This document shows positions 31,901 through 44,895 of a DNA stretch of 64,000 nt, one piece after another. Under the pieces are notes generated by a model that saw only the letters and a program-made list of their open reading frames with translations, was not told the origin of the DNA and did not search any database. Source of the stretch: Antedon mediterranea (taxonomy: Eukaryota > Animalia > Echinodermata); contig NC_092671.1 of NCBI RefSeq assembly GCF_964355755.1, positions 15,429,742-15,493,741 on the forward strand, read 5' to 3'. Position numbers and translations under genes: made by a program. The stretch's first letter is position 1. Each line of letters starts with the position of its first letter.

Positions 31901-34900
31901 TACATGTCTTTTTTAATATTTTTTTTAATTTTTGTATTCGGTTTTGTTTGTTTGTTTTAATGAATCACTTAATTTTTACTTTTCCTTTAAGTTTGATTAA
32001 TAATGCATGCAAGTCAGGGTTCTAGGTTAAAATCCTTTCAAGTGTTTTTCATGATCTAATGTTTCATAAATATTATTCTGTTAGGAATCAGGCTGTGGCA
32101 TTTTTTCTGTTAATGGTGCTTACCTACCAATTTAATGATTTTCATTTCCAAAACAGAAAAAATCTTCACTGCCAATTATGGTATTGAAACATTTTGTATA
32201 TGTTTAATTATATCAATTCTTAAATAGGGTTAGAAATTGAATAACATTATTAATACTGTTACCATCATCAGATCAATTTCCCTAATTAATTACATTGTCA
32301 TTCTGGTTCAATTAACTCAGAAGTTAATCATTATTTTTGGTAACAAGATATTGATTAATTTATTTATAAAATCCAGCCACTTTAAACAAAATTCAATTCT
32401 TATGAAAAAGTCAGGGATCAATAGAAATTTCCAAAAAGAAAAAAAAAGTGAGATTTATGATTAATTCATATTTTTATGAATGAGGATACATTCTGTGTAT
32501 GCATTATGTATGTTTCATGTGTGAGGCTACTGTATCTTTAATAGAAAATTGACCGTGAAGTATGGTAATTGTTACCATAGCAACAAGCATTCAGTCTTAC
32601 GACATGGATGATCTTTTAATGGGTGCTGTAACTCAGAGCTTTTAATGGCCGTATAAAAGCAACGCCCACGTACCCGTACATGTTCCACAGGAAGTAAAAT
32701 AATTAGAATATCGCAGCGCAGTATAATCTATTCCAATTGGTGATTGAGTATAACATTAAATTGAGCCCTAATTAAACATTCAGTATTTATGTTTTTATTG
32801 TCTCAGTAGTAGTAGTTTAGACTCTTTTTTTTGTTATCTATTAAACCAATGAAAAACAAAATAATGAAGCCCTGATTTTTACTCGGAGTACCCGAGTCTA
32901 GGACTCTCTCATTTTCTCCACTTCCATACGACACTATTGAGTAAAAAGTGCGATTTATAAAGTACTACTCCTCCCTTATTGGCATGAATATACTACAGGG
33001 ACATGTACTCAAAGCTATAGAGCCGGATTTTTTAATGTCAAACCGAATACAGCCATATGACGTCTCGAGGATGGTACCGTATAGCCGTATTAACTATTTG
33101 GTAGCGAGGTTATTGATGTGTATGTGACGTCACATCCTGTCTTATGACGTCATTACAGCTTCTTTTGCTGTACCCCGAGTATCGCACATTCATGCTTGTT
33201 TTATTTGAACATACATTACATCTAAAACAGTATAGTGAAGGCTATTTCAAATCCCAGTTGGCTAGTGTAATTGCGACCTAATGAATTATATTTTATATTA
33301 AAAAACAATTTATGATCATGTTAAAATTCCTATTATTTATTAATATGAAAAATGTTTTGAAGAAAAGAATTAATTTTATTTTGTGTTTGGATCCAATATT
33401 GGAAATTTTCTCCAATCAAATTTTAAACATTCATTAAAAAGTTTTGATAAAGACTCTTAAGTCTTATTGTAATCTTTTATCAGAAACAATTAAATGAAAG
33501 AAAGATTCCTGTACCCTTTTACCTCCCAGTACAATTCTGGTCATTTTATGAAGGGGCGTGTGGCGCAGTGTGTTGGACATTGGATTACTGATTGTGACTT
33601 TGAATCCAACTCTCACCGCATTGCTTGTATCCTTGTGTTTGATCCAAAAAATTACCGAGGTAATATTGTGAAGGGCTTAGAAAGATTGTGCAATAATCGC
33701 TATATAAGAACGAAGATTATTATGTATAGATAAGTAAATAGCATTTGTATAACGAACGAATTTGTATAACACGCTTTCTATATAATACAGATTGTGCAAG
33801 ATCATTTATTTGAACATACATCACGACAATATAAATCATAATTTTTATCAAATCTCCCTCTGAGTTGTAATGCAGTCCCAAAACTAATTATGATGGTGGG
33901 CGTAATCTACCCACAGTTCTTAAAGTATCAACAACATTAACTTCTGATATTGTAGTTGTCTAAAAAAAATACATTATTTATAAAATATTGTATTAGATAT
34001 TAGAAGTTGTTTACAGTTTTTTTAGGCAGAAATATCACATTTCTTTAGGAGTGTTACTGTTCTAAGAAATCTGAAAGAAAAGTTGTCTTTTATTTTCTGA
34101 AACTTGGTTTCCTAATATAGCATTTGGTTTTTTTTAAATTTATTTTACGTTTTCATTTATAAAATGACTAAACATTTCATAGCTTAAATATCACAATTCT
34201 TCTAATATTTAATATTGATTTAAAATCAAATATAGATATACTAGTTTCTAAGTACAGTTAATTCATATAGTCATGTAATTACTCTTGTGGACAATGAACT
34301 CAATGATCAAAATAATAATGTATCTGATCGCCCATTAAGAAGCGCATTCAGTCTTAGTTCTCTATATTTCATACATAGTGTATAAAGAACATATCAGATC
34401 ATTGTGTCCTAGTCACATATAATCAGGTTGTTTGTCCTGTGGGAGCTTCATATCCATTGTTCTACACCATTTTTCCGCTGACAGGCAGGTTATTGGCTCA
34501 TCTCTGTTTATTTGTTTTATCTCTTGGTAAAGATTATGTCAAAAACTGAATGGACTAAATTTTCACCATATACAGAGTTTTCACTGTTTATCCCTGGTGG
34601 CTGTCACAACTCTCTGCTCTTTGTTTTAATATATGCATCTAAAGTTTGGTTCCCATTAGGATGCAGCACAAGGACGTAAACGCAAGCAACATTTCAGATA
34701 ATATAACACTTGTGATATTATTTATGTTGTGCTTACATCAATCCTTGCATTGCGTCCTAGTGGTAACCAAGCTTAACCGTGTAGTAAAAGAGGATTTCCC
34801 TGGTACAAGAGAAAGCTACTGTACACTGCAGGATATAACCTGGTGGTTATTAGACCATCAATATTCTCTGTGTTCCTGTTAAAGTGAATGGTTATAAGTT

Positions 34901-37900
34901 CCAAATAAACTTAAGCTCTGTCTACAATATCAAACTTTATGTGACAAAAAATGTGATGTGCCCATATATGGATAGACACGATGATGTCATATCACTACCA
35001 TATTTGGGCACATTATACATTTTTGTCAAACTAGTTTTATAGTGTAGACAGAGCTTTAGATCGATGATCAAAATAGAATTGAGAATAATATTCTTCTAAT
35101 ATATTATACATTCTTAATTTTAGCACTGTGGTTGTTATCATTTATTAATAAGTAGTTTGCTGTCAAAGTTAATGATCATAGTAATTTATTGCAGAATAAT
35201 CCTTCAAAAAAAATAGAATATAAATAATCTTTTATAAAATAAAATTTAAATAGATTATATTTTTTCCAACTATTAATATTTGAGTATAATGAATTACCAG
35301 TTTCTCTTTTCAGTTTTAGTATTTATCTGTTTTTATCAAATAAAATTGAAAAATGTCTGGTTATTTTTAGGCTTGGCCTGAAGTACTATGAAAAGTTTCC
35401 TAGCGATAGTAATCAAACGTTTCAGTTACCGGTAGAGGCTGGCCATCTATATGGAATCTATTCTAAGTAAGTACTTTTTATGTACTTTTGATATCTATAA
35501 GTAAAGGCCAACTCAGACAGCGTTGTACAACGAAGCCCGACATAACATCTTGACGCTCGTCTGTGCTGTCTAGGTTGAATCCCGAAGAGTTAGTTATGTG
35601 GTCGTCGCGAGAACTTTAAACAAGTCTAATTTCCTCTTAGCGAGACGATTCATCGGGCCTCGTCGTACAACGCTTTCTGAGTTGGCCTTTACTTACTTGC
35701 CTACATGGGTTACTACAGTGTTGTAATAATAATAATAATAATAATAATATCCTGGATTTATATAGCGCCTAATTTTGTGAAACTTCTAAGCGCTGAACAT
35801 TATTACCCCAGTCATTTTTTTCTGATCAAACACATGGAAACATACTCCCATAATGCAGCTAGTAATCAGTACAAAGTTGTCTCTTTGATCTAACCGGGTT
35901 CCCATTTATACACCTGGGTGGAGAGAGGCAAACGTAAGTAAAGTATCTTGCCTAAGAATACAAGCCATGCGGCGAGAATTGGATTCGAACCTCGATCTAA
36001 CGATTAGTAGTCGAACGTCCAACACACTTCGCCACACGCCCATATACAGACTTTAATAAAATGTTTTACCCCACTTTAGGTAAGTTACTGTACATCCTCC
36101 AAAAGACCAAAACGTGCACAATCTGAGAAAATGTTACATTTTTTCTAATAACATAATGCCTAAAGGCTTGTTAAGAACATGGTACATTGTCATTTTATGT
36201 GTTTTGATATATAAAACTCTCAAAATTTAATTTCAGTATACAGATTTATCATTTATGAAGTACGATACTTGGCATTTAATTATGTTAATTTTATGATGCA
36301 ACAGAATAGTACAGACGTAATTAAAATTTGTAAAAAAACACCAAACCTTAATTATGTTATTACATTTTAGTAGTGATTGCTTCAAGTGAACATTATTTGA
36401 ATTAAATCGTGGTATTGTCAACTCTGTTGAAGTCAGTAAAACGAGCATGTTTGTTAGTAATGAATGTTTCAGCCAAGGGAAGAAACAATATGAATGGTGA
36501 CATAATGGAGGAGAATGTACACAGAGGTTAATTTGTACAAAAAGTTAAAGTGAGATATGAATTGACATTAGCCATAAATTAATGAATAATGCTTTAAAAT
36601 AGATTAGCTGTGTTGAGAAAAAATATACTACATTTTACAAAGCAAGATTAGTATATTTATGTATGTGATTATATGACTGGAGTCCTGGGTTCAAATCCTG
36701 TCAGGATCTTTTCTTGTGTATACAGTGTGTTTCTTATCTTGAAAATATTCTTTTTTCCAAACCAATAATTAGTAAAAACTAACCTTGACAGTTTCGCTGT
36801 CCTGATCGGACAGCTTCTTCAGAAATAATGACGATCTATCATCAAACAGACTGACCTCTAGAGGGCCTATTCTGTTTAATGACAGGGTCAAGGTTAGTTT
36901 TTACTAATTATTGGTTTGGAAAAAAGAATATTTTCAAGATACTTATACCTACAAACCAGATGAACATTTTCAATCAGTGTGTTTCTTCTTTGAACAAATT
37001 TATGGGTATTCTTGGCAAGAAAAAGAATATATCAATGTACAATGAAAATACAGTAAAACTAACAGTAAAGTACTATTAAGTAATAAGGGCGTGTGGGGCA
37101 GTGTGTTGAACATTTGACTGCTGAGCGTGATATGGAGGTTCAAATCCAACTCTCGTCGCATTGCTTGCTTGTATCCTTATCCAAGATACTTTACTTACGT
37201 TTGCCTCTCTCCACCCAGGTGTATAAATGGGTACCTGGTTAGATCAAGACACAACTTTGTGTTGATTACTATCTGCATTATGGGAGTATGTTTCCATACA
37301 CGATTGATCCAAAAAAATGACTGGGTTAATAATGTTCAGCGCTTTGAGGTTTCACAACATTAGGCGCTATATAAATCCAGGATATTTTTATTATTATTAT
37401 TAATTAGTTAAGAGTGGAGTACAGAGAGTTGTGACAATCTATAAGTGGTATGTGCGGACAATAAAAAAAACATGATGAGCCTATTATCGTTCCTTGGCAT
37501 GATCTGTGTATGGTTTCAGTCCATTGCGCTCTTTCACTTGGTAAACAAACCTCTTAAGATTGTATGGTAATTTTGAAATAGTGGTAAAGGATATTATTAG
37601 GAAGGTTATGGGAAATTAATGATTTTGTTACCTCATGTTATAATTAGACTTAATTTAAAATTCATCAGATCATCACTTTAAAACATTGGTTGTTGACACC
37701 AAAAGAGGAGTGATGATGTTAAAAGCAAATTTTGATTAACTAACATAAGTTCGCGAAGAATTAATCAATTGTGTGTTATTCATGAATAAACCCAGGTATT
37801 AATGAATGTTACTGTAGTGTATTTTGGACTATATTTTTTACAATCATTCTCACACTGCATATTCAATAATACATTTTTCATCAGGTTATGCCATAATTCA

Positions 37901-40900
37901 TTTCATAGTAAATTACATGCAACTTTCCAATTTCATTCATTATTGATGATACTAGGATAAGAGAGCTAAAACTAAATGAATATGATGAGTTGGGTAATTA
38001 AAGATATTTTTTAATCATTTAACAATTTAATATACTGTACTGTAATATAATATTACCCCTATTAAGATGACTCAATCAACAAAGAGTCCCCTTAATAGAG
38101 GTATTCCGTGGATAGAGGGTTTTTCCCGTAGTGTTAAAACGTATAATGTTGCTCATTCTTTTCACATTAAAGTATTTCCTTAATAGGTGTATTGCAAATG
38201 AGGTTTCTACTTAATTGTAACTTTTCTGTTCTGTATTGTTTGTATCACATTGTACTACAGTTTAAACATTATATACTCAATAATAATTTTCGCCATTTTC
38301 TGTGATTTGGCAGCCGCATGTATTGATAGTACAGTAGTATGCTGGTCTGAATTTGAAACTGTCATTTCTTGTACCTCCTAAAAGCAAGGCAATCTAACAA
38401 AGAGCGAGTGAGTGGCCGAGTGGTTAAGACAGTGGAACCGTAATTACGTAGCCATAACATCGGCAAGGGTTCGAGGCTCACTCGCTCCATGGTTTACCAT
38501 AGGTCCAGTGTACATATTGATTGATATATATATTTATACTGGGTAACCTCTTCAGTCAAAGACTGGTCTCCCAGAGGGCCCAGTTGGTGATCAGTGGCTG
38601 TAATGTACTAATACACCGTGGTAACCCCCTAGTACTAGTGTCAAAAGATGTACTAGGTTCTTTAAAGTGCACACTAGCTAGATGTGTACACTGAACCTAC
38701 GGTTTATAGTCCTTATCCGAGACTCGTTCTACCACCAGAACCATGGAGTGAGTGAGCCTCGAACCCCTGCCGATGTTATGGCTACGTAATTACGGTTCCA
38801 CTGTCTTAACCGCTCGGCCACTCACTCACTTACCTCACATATCTGGCTCATGTGCACAAGAACCTATAGTACATCTTTCGAGACGAGTAAGGGGTTACCC
38901 CGGGGTACTAGTTCACACACAACAGCCACTGTCACAAACTCATCATACACTGGACCCTCTGGGAGAACAGTCTTTGACTGAAGAGGCTACCCAGTATAAA
39001 GAATAAATAATAATAATTGTATTTAACACTGCAGCTTACATGTCTTAAGAGGGGGTTACCCCGGTGTATATTTCACAAACTCATCATATACATACACTGG
39101 GCCCTCTGGGAGAACAGTCTTTGACTGAAGAGGCTACCCAGTATAAAGAATAAATAATAATAAAGGATGCTGGGCTCGAAAAGGTTTATTTTTGGCACGA
39201 TCAGTTCCACACTCCTTAACAGACACTGCACGCTGCTGAGAATATGTACTATGTACAGTACTATTGGTATTTGTTGCAGCCAGACATACCGAGTTTCTAT
39301 CTTGGCAAGGCGAGCTCAGTGTCCTGTTGTTGCTTAAAGTCCACTTTTAAGCCACTTTGATTTTGAATTGAAACAAAATAAAAAAGAACATGATACATTG
39401 AATCTATCTAGTCTTTTATTTAGTTGTCTATTTGTTGTTGTACATACTACTAATTGTTTGTTTTGTTTTCAGATGTCAGCCACGTTTGTGGCGTATTGAT
39501 ATTGCACCTGAAGAATCTTTAGACTCAGCACTGTACCAACTCAGTTTTACGCAACCCTTTGATGCTGCTCTGTCAACAAGAGGTAATTATATCTCGTTTC
39601 TGTTTTATTGCAAATTTGGAGTCTTTCATTTTCAGAGTTCAATTAATGTTTAGCATCTTAGTGTGTCTTGTGATAATATTGCATCCTATTTAAGAATTTA
39701 GTTTTATTGTGATGGAAAATGAAAGTCACATTAACTACAGTGAAATTCACATCAACTACAGTGATAATTCACATCAACTACAATAAATAAAATTCAATTT
39801 ATAATCCCTTTTTTGGCAGTACAATACTTGCTTTCACGCCCCATGTTTCATACTTGCCCACGCAAATAAATGCTTGTTAGCTGCTTGCTAGAATTAAATT
39901 TGGAAAATTTAGAATTCAAACATGGCATGCACAACATCAGTGTCTTGTTACAAATTGTATCTTGTTGCAAATTTGATATATACATTAGAAGAAAGTTTAG
40001 AATGTCTAGAAAATTATAAACTTTTAACTCTATTTTTAACTCTTGAATTTGTATTGAACTGTCAACTAAGGATTAATAAGGAATTTTCGGTTTGCACATT
40101 CACTATGTTGACTGATATTCTATGACGTCATTTATATTATATGTACGTTGACTGCCAAAATTCAGATTGTGTTCAGTCATTTTAACTCAGTACGAGTCAT
40201 TACAGAGAATGATCTCTTGATTTTTTGAAAATGTAGTAAAATGCTTTTCAGTTAGTGGTTATTTTAATAAAGATTTTAATAATGCAGGTTAAGGCCTATA
40301 GGCCTTATCACTAAAATGCCAGCCTTCGTTTAGAAAATTATGGATCTAGGCTAGGCGTAAGCTACCAACGCCATACATAGTCTGGCTTAAACCTGTTTAC
40401 TCGCATACCACCGGCCAAGTGGAATAGCACCACACTCACTAGATTACAAGGTCATTACATCATATGTTCATTGGCATGTCAACATGAATGTCCACTTTAT
40501 CAAAATGTTCATATTTCTGGATGAGTACCAGTTGACTATGACCCATGTGGAGGTTGTGCACGTTCACTCACAGTAGAGCTATCTTAGTAATTATTGTACT
40601 ATGCTTTAACCTGTCAGATTAATGCTGTACCTCTCTTCTGTTTATTAAAAGATATTTACTGGATTATTTATTTATTTTTTTTTTTTTATGTTTTCTTGGT
40701 CATTGAACGTGTTCCTTTGATGGTTAAATATTGACATCTATGCTCATTTCTTAGAAGACTATTTTCTGTACTGTCAGTCACTAAACTTGTCACATTTACA
40801 ATAGTCAAAATGAAAAATGTCAATTTGTGTTATTGACTTTTGCCACAATTTGTCATGATATATTCTGTTTTAGTCATGTCTTGCCAGGCTCATGGTGAGA

Positions 40901-41022
40901 CCACAGGACTGTATGATACATGTCATGCACTCTCATTTCATTTGATGGTATTGTATCCTTTCAGTTCTTCAAAAACAGATTTTATTTATTCTGCATTCGA
41001 ATTTACTTCAGAACAGATATAA
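22989..41022 (+). CDS. ZWILCH: Kinetochore protein Zwilch homologue (RZZ complex subunit), 14 coding exons
   Basis: Exon translations align with human Zwilch along its whole length. PGVSLGKAR matches LPVGKARQ. TLPTTPLWVMCDGNASEHVFLMGCSW matches [25 protein letters not shown]. TISCQ matches VVSCK. NGYAQYDVLGASFSERSA matches KGFAQYELFKSSALDDT. SYKLYQELQMLK matches NHLYRELKFLLV. NDLDFTERLW matches SDLDFAEQLW. LEILIEMGLEKLRRDYIDYFI matches [42 protein letters not shown] matches [29 protein letters not shown] matches KPQKWRVEI. CDS exons: 22989-23038 (start MKSLVKEHLNFKNIYE; weakest, 0.5), 23164-23305, 23759-23943, 24842-25014, 25279-25355, 26149-26307, 26567-26638, 27539-27682, 28784-28957, 29174-29330, 29742-29904, 35371-35466, 39473-39582, 40874-41022 (TAA at 41020-22). 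All junctions are GT-AG (GTAAAT, GTAAGT, GTGAGT and similar) with consistent phases. An AATAAA signal lies near 41108. Confidence 0.8.
27878..28400 (-). mobile_element. Truncated Penelope-like element (PLE) 3' fragment encoding the C-terminal half of a GIY-YIG endonuclease domain, with an inverted partial 5' copy
   Basis: The minus-strand ORF 28024-28308 reads ...SNITHKSAITDHAIKENHTPNWEAKVLKKDGNINKRGWQEAITIRKTGNNMNRDQGGRWLPHIYDDLL. This matches the conserved KSA(I/V)AEH...H.I.W..AKVL...R...EAI.I....NRD.G pattern of PLE GIY-YIG domains. The same roughly 110-nt head sequence (gtgaaggtgaagataaacgttgaaacttaccaacgtttcgtgcgttagcatcgcac...gacatgcgccctctc) is present on the + strand at 27878-28012 and on the - strand at 28400-28290. 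Head-to-head partial duplication is typical of PLE insertions. Confidence 0.5.
30637..30859. repeat. 77-bp near-perfect inverted repeat flanking a 67-nt loop that contains a canonical tRNA T-arm (GTGGGTTCGAGTCCCAC)
   Basis: The left arm 30637-30715 (taattagatgttttgccctactctgatgtaatttgtactttatactatgtacatttgagaatacttgcgaaaaaatt) is the reverse complement of the right arm 30783-30859. The loop reads ...ccaggctaatgatctggaggttgtgggttcgagtcccacccgag. Confidence 0.55.
30884..31044. mobile_element. MITE family A copy (ZWILCH intron 11)
   Basis: aagctgtgcctacactat ... agtttgatagtgtagacagcgctt, with an internal duplication of the atatggtagtgatatg core. Confidence 0.55.
31478..31640. repeat. About 39-bp tandem repeat (tctagtcttatcatccataacaataattacttgtata) x about 4
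   Basis: Direct reading of the sequence. Confidence 0.6.
34913..35057. mobile_element. MITE family A copy (ZWILCH intron 11)
   Basis: aagctctgtctacaatatcaaact ... agttttatagtgtagacagagctt. Confidence 0.55.
35500..35697. mobile_element. Small MITE with 40-bp TIRs (gtaaaggccaactcagacagcgttgtacaacgaagcccgac) 33 bp downstream of the ZWILCH exon 12 donor
   Basis: The left arm 35500-35540 is the reverse complement of the right arm 35655-35697. Confidence 0.5.
35725..36051 (-). mobile_element. tRNA-derived SINE family B copy (inverted relative to the 37087 copy, same ZWILCH intron)
   Basis: Reverse complement of the family B consensus, including the (AAT)n tail at 35725-35750. Confidence 0.6.
36733..36945. 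repeat. Foldback element with 58-bp inverted arms and a 97-bp loop
   Basis: cttgaaaatattcttttttccaaaccaataattagtaaaaactaaccttgac at 36733-36790 is the reverse complement of 36888-36945. Confidence 0.55.
37087..37403 (+). mobile_element. tRNA-derived SINE (about 320 bp) with an (ATT/AAT)n tail, family B
   Basis: The head is tRNA-like: GGGCGTGTGGGGCAGTGTGTTGAACATTTGACTGCTGAGCG...GAGGTTCAAATCCAACTCTCGTCGCA, containing a B-box-like GGTTCAAATCC. It ends in ttattattattattaatt. Homologous copies: 35725-36051 (-), 43531-43777 (-), and a head-only copy at 33553-33660 (+). Confidence 0.6.
38395..39175. mobile_element. Composite foldback element with tRNA-Ser-like termini (GAGCGAGTGAGTGGCCGAGTGGTTAAG...GGTTCGAGGCTCACTCGCTCCA) and an internally duplicated tail
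   Basis: A roughly 80-bp perfect inverted repeat at 38401-38478 and 38745-38830 carries a tRNA-Ser-type D-loop (GTGGCCGAGTGGTTAAG), a T-arm-like GGTTCGAGG and an 11-bp acceptor-like stem GAGCGAGTGAG/CTCACTCGCTC. The 3' part is duplicated (38870-39010 and 39040-39170). A related partial copy lies at 24480-24790. Confidence 0.5.
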
Positions 41023-43530
41023 ATTTGATCAGCATTCTAGAATGATTTCAAGTTGTTCAGATAGTTGTTAGCTACGAGTCATTATTGTTATATGATTTAC
41101 TACTACTTTATGAATAAACAATATTACATTTACTAGACCATGATCGTTGTTAATTATCTTGGCTTGCATCTCTTACAATTGCTATAGAGATGCCAGTAAG
41201 CAGAGTGAAGTAAAATAATAGAATGGTATAACTAATGGTTAATTCAATTAGAGTCAAGTTGACAATTTACGTTTAGTGATGTAAATATTTATAAATACTT
41301 GACTGAGTAATAGGTAGTGTTACTGAACATACAAAAAATGGTAAATTGTGTAATTTTACATCATGGACAAAGTGTACTCAATTTCTCTCCGTCGTACTTT
41401 AGACTTCCAGAATGCATTAAGTCTTGTGTATTTGAACCTTTAAATACACGATAGCTTCGATCTTCATAAGTAGATCTTCATAACTATCTTATATTTCTCT
41501 GTATAACATTGTTAACAGCCAGAGGATGTTTTATTATGCAAATACTTAGATGCAACCATTGAAGATCTATGATCTAAATGGAATTAAAATCTTCTTCCTA
41601 ATGTACATACTGTTATAAATACACTGTATTGATCATGAATTTGTAATTAAACAGTGTAAATGGAACTTTTGTTTTAATATCTGGTGAGCATGACAGATTT
41701 AAGCAAACATGGTATGGCATATGCTTCTATAATTTGAGTGGCAAACGATTAAACAGACTATAACATCCCGAGTAATCTCTCTGTGATTGGTTATTCATTC
41801 TCAACACATAATTTTCTCCCATAGTACATCCTAATTAACATGTACTCATTTATTTCAATTAATACATTGGTTACAATATATGCCTGTTCAATATAATCAG
41901 ATTACAGATAAAAATACAATACAGTATTATACGAAATTGTAGCAAAATTGAAAACTATGATAGCAAGGATTCGTCCAACAAAATTTGAGAGAAATGTATT
42001 TCCATTGGGATCTTGCAGTTATTATATTTACCTAAGTATCTAAATTCAATAGGGTTAGAAATTGTATTCAAGGAACATTATTATTTAAAGATGTATGGTC
42101 CCCTAAAAACATGAAAAATGAAGTTTTCAATCAATTTAATATTCTGTAGAAAAAAAAAAAATGTTTTCTCTTATAAAATTACAAAATAAAATGGTTAAAT
42201 TAAAAAAAAACAATTTGACTATTTTTTGCTTTAAATTAAAGTTTTTTCAGGTAAATATTTGTTTCCGATCCAATTTTTGGTCAAAGTGGTTAAGTATTAT
42301 GCGACTAAAATGTCATATTCAACAAACACAATTGTTAAGAATTATTTTTTCAAAGGGGATACATCTTTAATTTAAAATTTGTGGCATTATATAACTCATG
42401 GAACAAAAGAGTAAATATTAAGAGTATTAAAAATCAGGTCATACAGCAATGAAACTTATATTGAAGAAGAAAAGCATTAATAATAAAAAATGTCTTATTA
42501 AAATCATGAGAATAAAGTTCTCATCAATTCCAGGTGAAAATTTGTTGACATTGAATGTAATGTCATTTTGAAAAAAACAGGTTGTTGTTGTTTCTAACTC
42601 GGTCTAACTGATGCTAAGATTGATTGTTAGCTATTTTCGTCACATAAGTATTGACTTAGAAATTGAAGAGTTTCGCTTGCATTTGCAGGTGTAGCTATAA
42701 ACTTTTCTAGTGAGCACATCTTCTCGGCAGGTGTTGGGAACAATTAAACAAGAACTAGTGTTGTTTAATAGATAATTGCTGTAGATTTTATTTTTTTAAC
42801 CGCAATTCATAACCTCAGTCAGAATAAACAGTAGCTTATTATAGGTGGAAAAATAAAAAAGATAAATAAAAGAGAAACACTATATACAGAAAATTAAAAT
42901 TGAAAATTGGACATATTATGGATATAAATTAAATTCATAACGAAATTTAATACAGTTGAATAGATTAGGTAAATTCACATTAACCATCTATCATGTTTCA
43001 GGCCTTGTCTTTTGAAAATCATAGGTGTGCTACAAATTGCACTCCTCAATACATTCAGGGGTGCTGTAGGTGTGCTGTTTGTATTTTCGTGTGTAGAAGT
43101 TTACAAAATTAAGGCGTGTTGTAAATCGCACTCCTCAAGGGCAGAGTGTGTTAGGTGAGTGATCGCACTCACTCGCCTTAAAAGACAAGGCCTGATGTTT
43201 GATCATGATCAAGTTATCATTGACTTGTGTGAACCTAAAATGATCAAATAACGTGACCAGCTTTAATCAACTTAACATGATCAATCTGAGTATGTTAAAG
43301 AAACCTTGTACATAATGGGATAAATATTAATTCATAAAAAGAAACATGATTAACCTTGTATGTATAATGAGATAAATATTAATTCATAAGATTGAATCTA
43401 CCAATGAGCATTTGATTTAGTATTTTCAACTGACTGAAACCATATTGGCCCTGCCTTCATGCTAAAAGACAACTCATTAGAATAATAATATTCCTTCTTA
43501 TATAACGCTTATTGTACAATTCTTCTTCAC

Positions 43531-43777
43531 ATTATTACCCTGGTCATTTTTTTTTATCAAACACGTATGGAAACATACTCCCATAATGCAGCTAGTAATC
43601 AGCGCAAAGTAGTATCTTGATCTAACCGGGTACCCATTTTTACACCTGGGTGAAGCAGGGCAAACGTAAGTTAAAGTATCTTGCGTAAGGATACAAGCAA
43701 TGCGACGAGAGTTGGATTCGAACTCACAATCTCAAGATCAGTAATCCAATGTCAAACACACTGCGCCACCTGCCCTC
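43531..43777 (-). mobile_element. tRNA-derived SINE family B copy
   Basis: Homologous to the 35725 and 37087 copies: cccataatgcagctagtaatcag...gggcaaacgtaagt...gattcgaac. Confidence 0.55.
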
Positions 43778-44811
43778 ATAGAATCATTAGATCAGGATCT
43801 GATTTTCATGTGAACAGTTTCTGTTTATCATACATAAACTTACCATGGTGATAGATAATTAAAGTCATGATAATAATTGGAACACACCTATTGATAAAGC
43901 AAAAGCAGCAATATTAAACTCTTAAGTCTTATTGCCATTGCCAAAACGGTACTATTACCCAGAATTAAAGTATTATTACAATTATTTTCTCATCATCTTT
44001 AATTAAACATTTTTTCTGCTGTTAAAAGTATGCTATAAATAAATGATAATTAATAAACTTATTTTGTGAAATGTAAACAACTTTAATTGATAGAAATTAA
44101 AATTACCGTTCAACAAACACTGGAATTCAATAACAAATTAATTTTCAAAGGCTAATCCCTGTATGCATTATCAATTATGTATAGTTTTTTTTTTTTTTAA
44201 GCAAACATTCACTATTAAAAAATGATAAAGAGCTGTACAGAAAGTATTTTTATATCCCTCTGACGTAGGTAGACAAACTTGTTTAATAAGACACTGTGAC
44301 AAATTCCATTAAAAGTAGACAGAAGATTATATTAATATTCTTTTTCGACAATTGACATTTTTCTTGTTGCGTAAACAAGATTTCATGTTGTGATATTCTT
44401 TATTCTTAAACTGGCTGGTGTGAAGATTTGCAAAGTAATCACCAAGTAGGCTTCGTGTTGATAAATTATCTTTATTTTTATCATCACATATACAAATAAT
44501 GACATCATTTGTTCGATTAAGGACACTGACATATTCAATATTCTGTACATCTGTATACCATTTACTAACTGGTTTTTTCCAGAATAAATTAGCTCCCAAT
44601 TGGTATTACAAATGGTGTAAAAAAATATAATAAGCACTTGGTGGTAGATTAGGTCTATTATGAATATTAAACAACTAGCAGCTTTGTCAATTGGAATGAT
44701 AAAAAATACATTTGCCTTTTTTGTATTCATCCTACAGTAATACATTTTTGGTATCACATTCTTTGAAAATTATAATGTGCTTGTCTGAATATCTTCGACT
44801 GTCCGGGGTTT

Positions 44812-44895
44812 TACACTTTCTCCTTTTCTTTCCTTTTTCACTTTCTCCTTTCCCTTCCTTTTTCACTTTCTCCTTTTCTTTCCTTTTTCATTATG
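44812..44895. repeat. CT-rich approximate 30-bp tandem repeat (cctttttcactttctccttttctttc)
   Basis: Direct reading. Confidence 0.5.

Noticed and set aside
33120-33160. Paired CRE palindromes (tgtgacgtcacatcc...tatgacgtcattac) suggesting a promoter
   Set aside because: They sit deep in ZWILCH intron 11 within repeat-like sequence, with no adjacent exon or ORF. They were noted only as TE-borne motifs.
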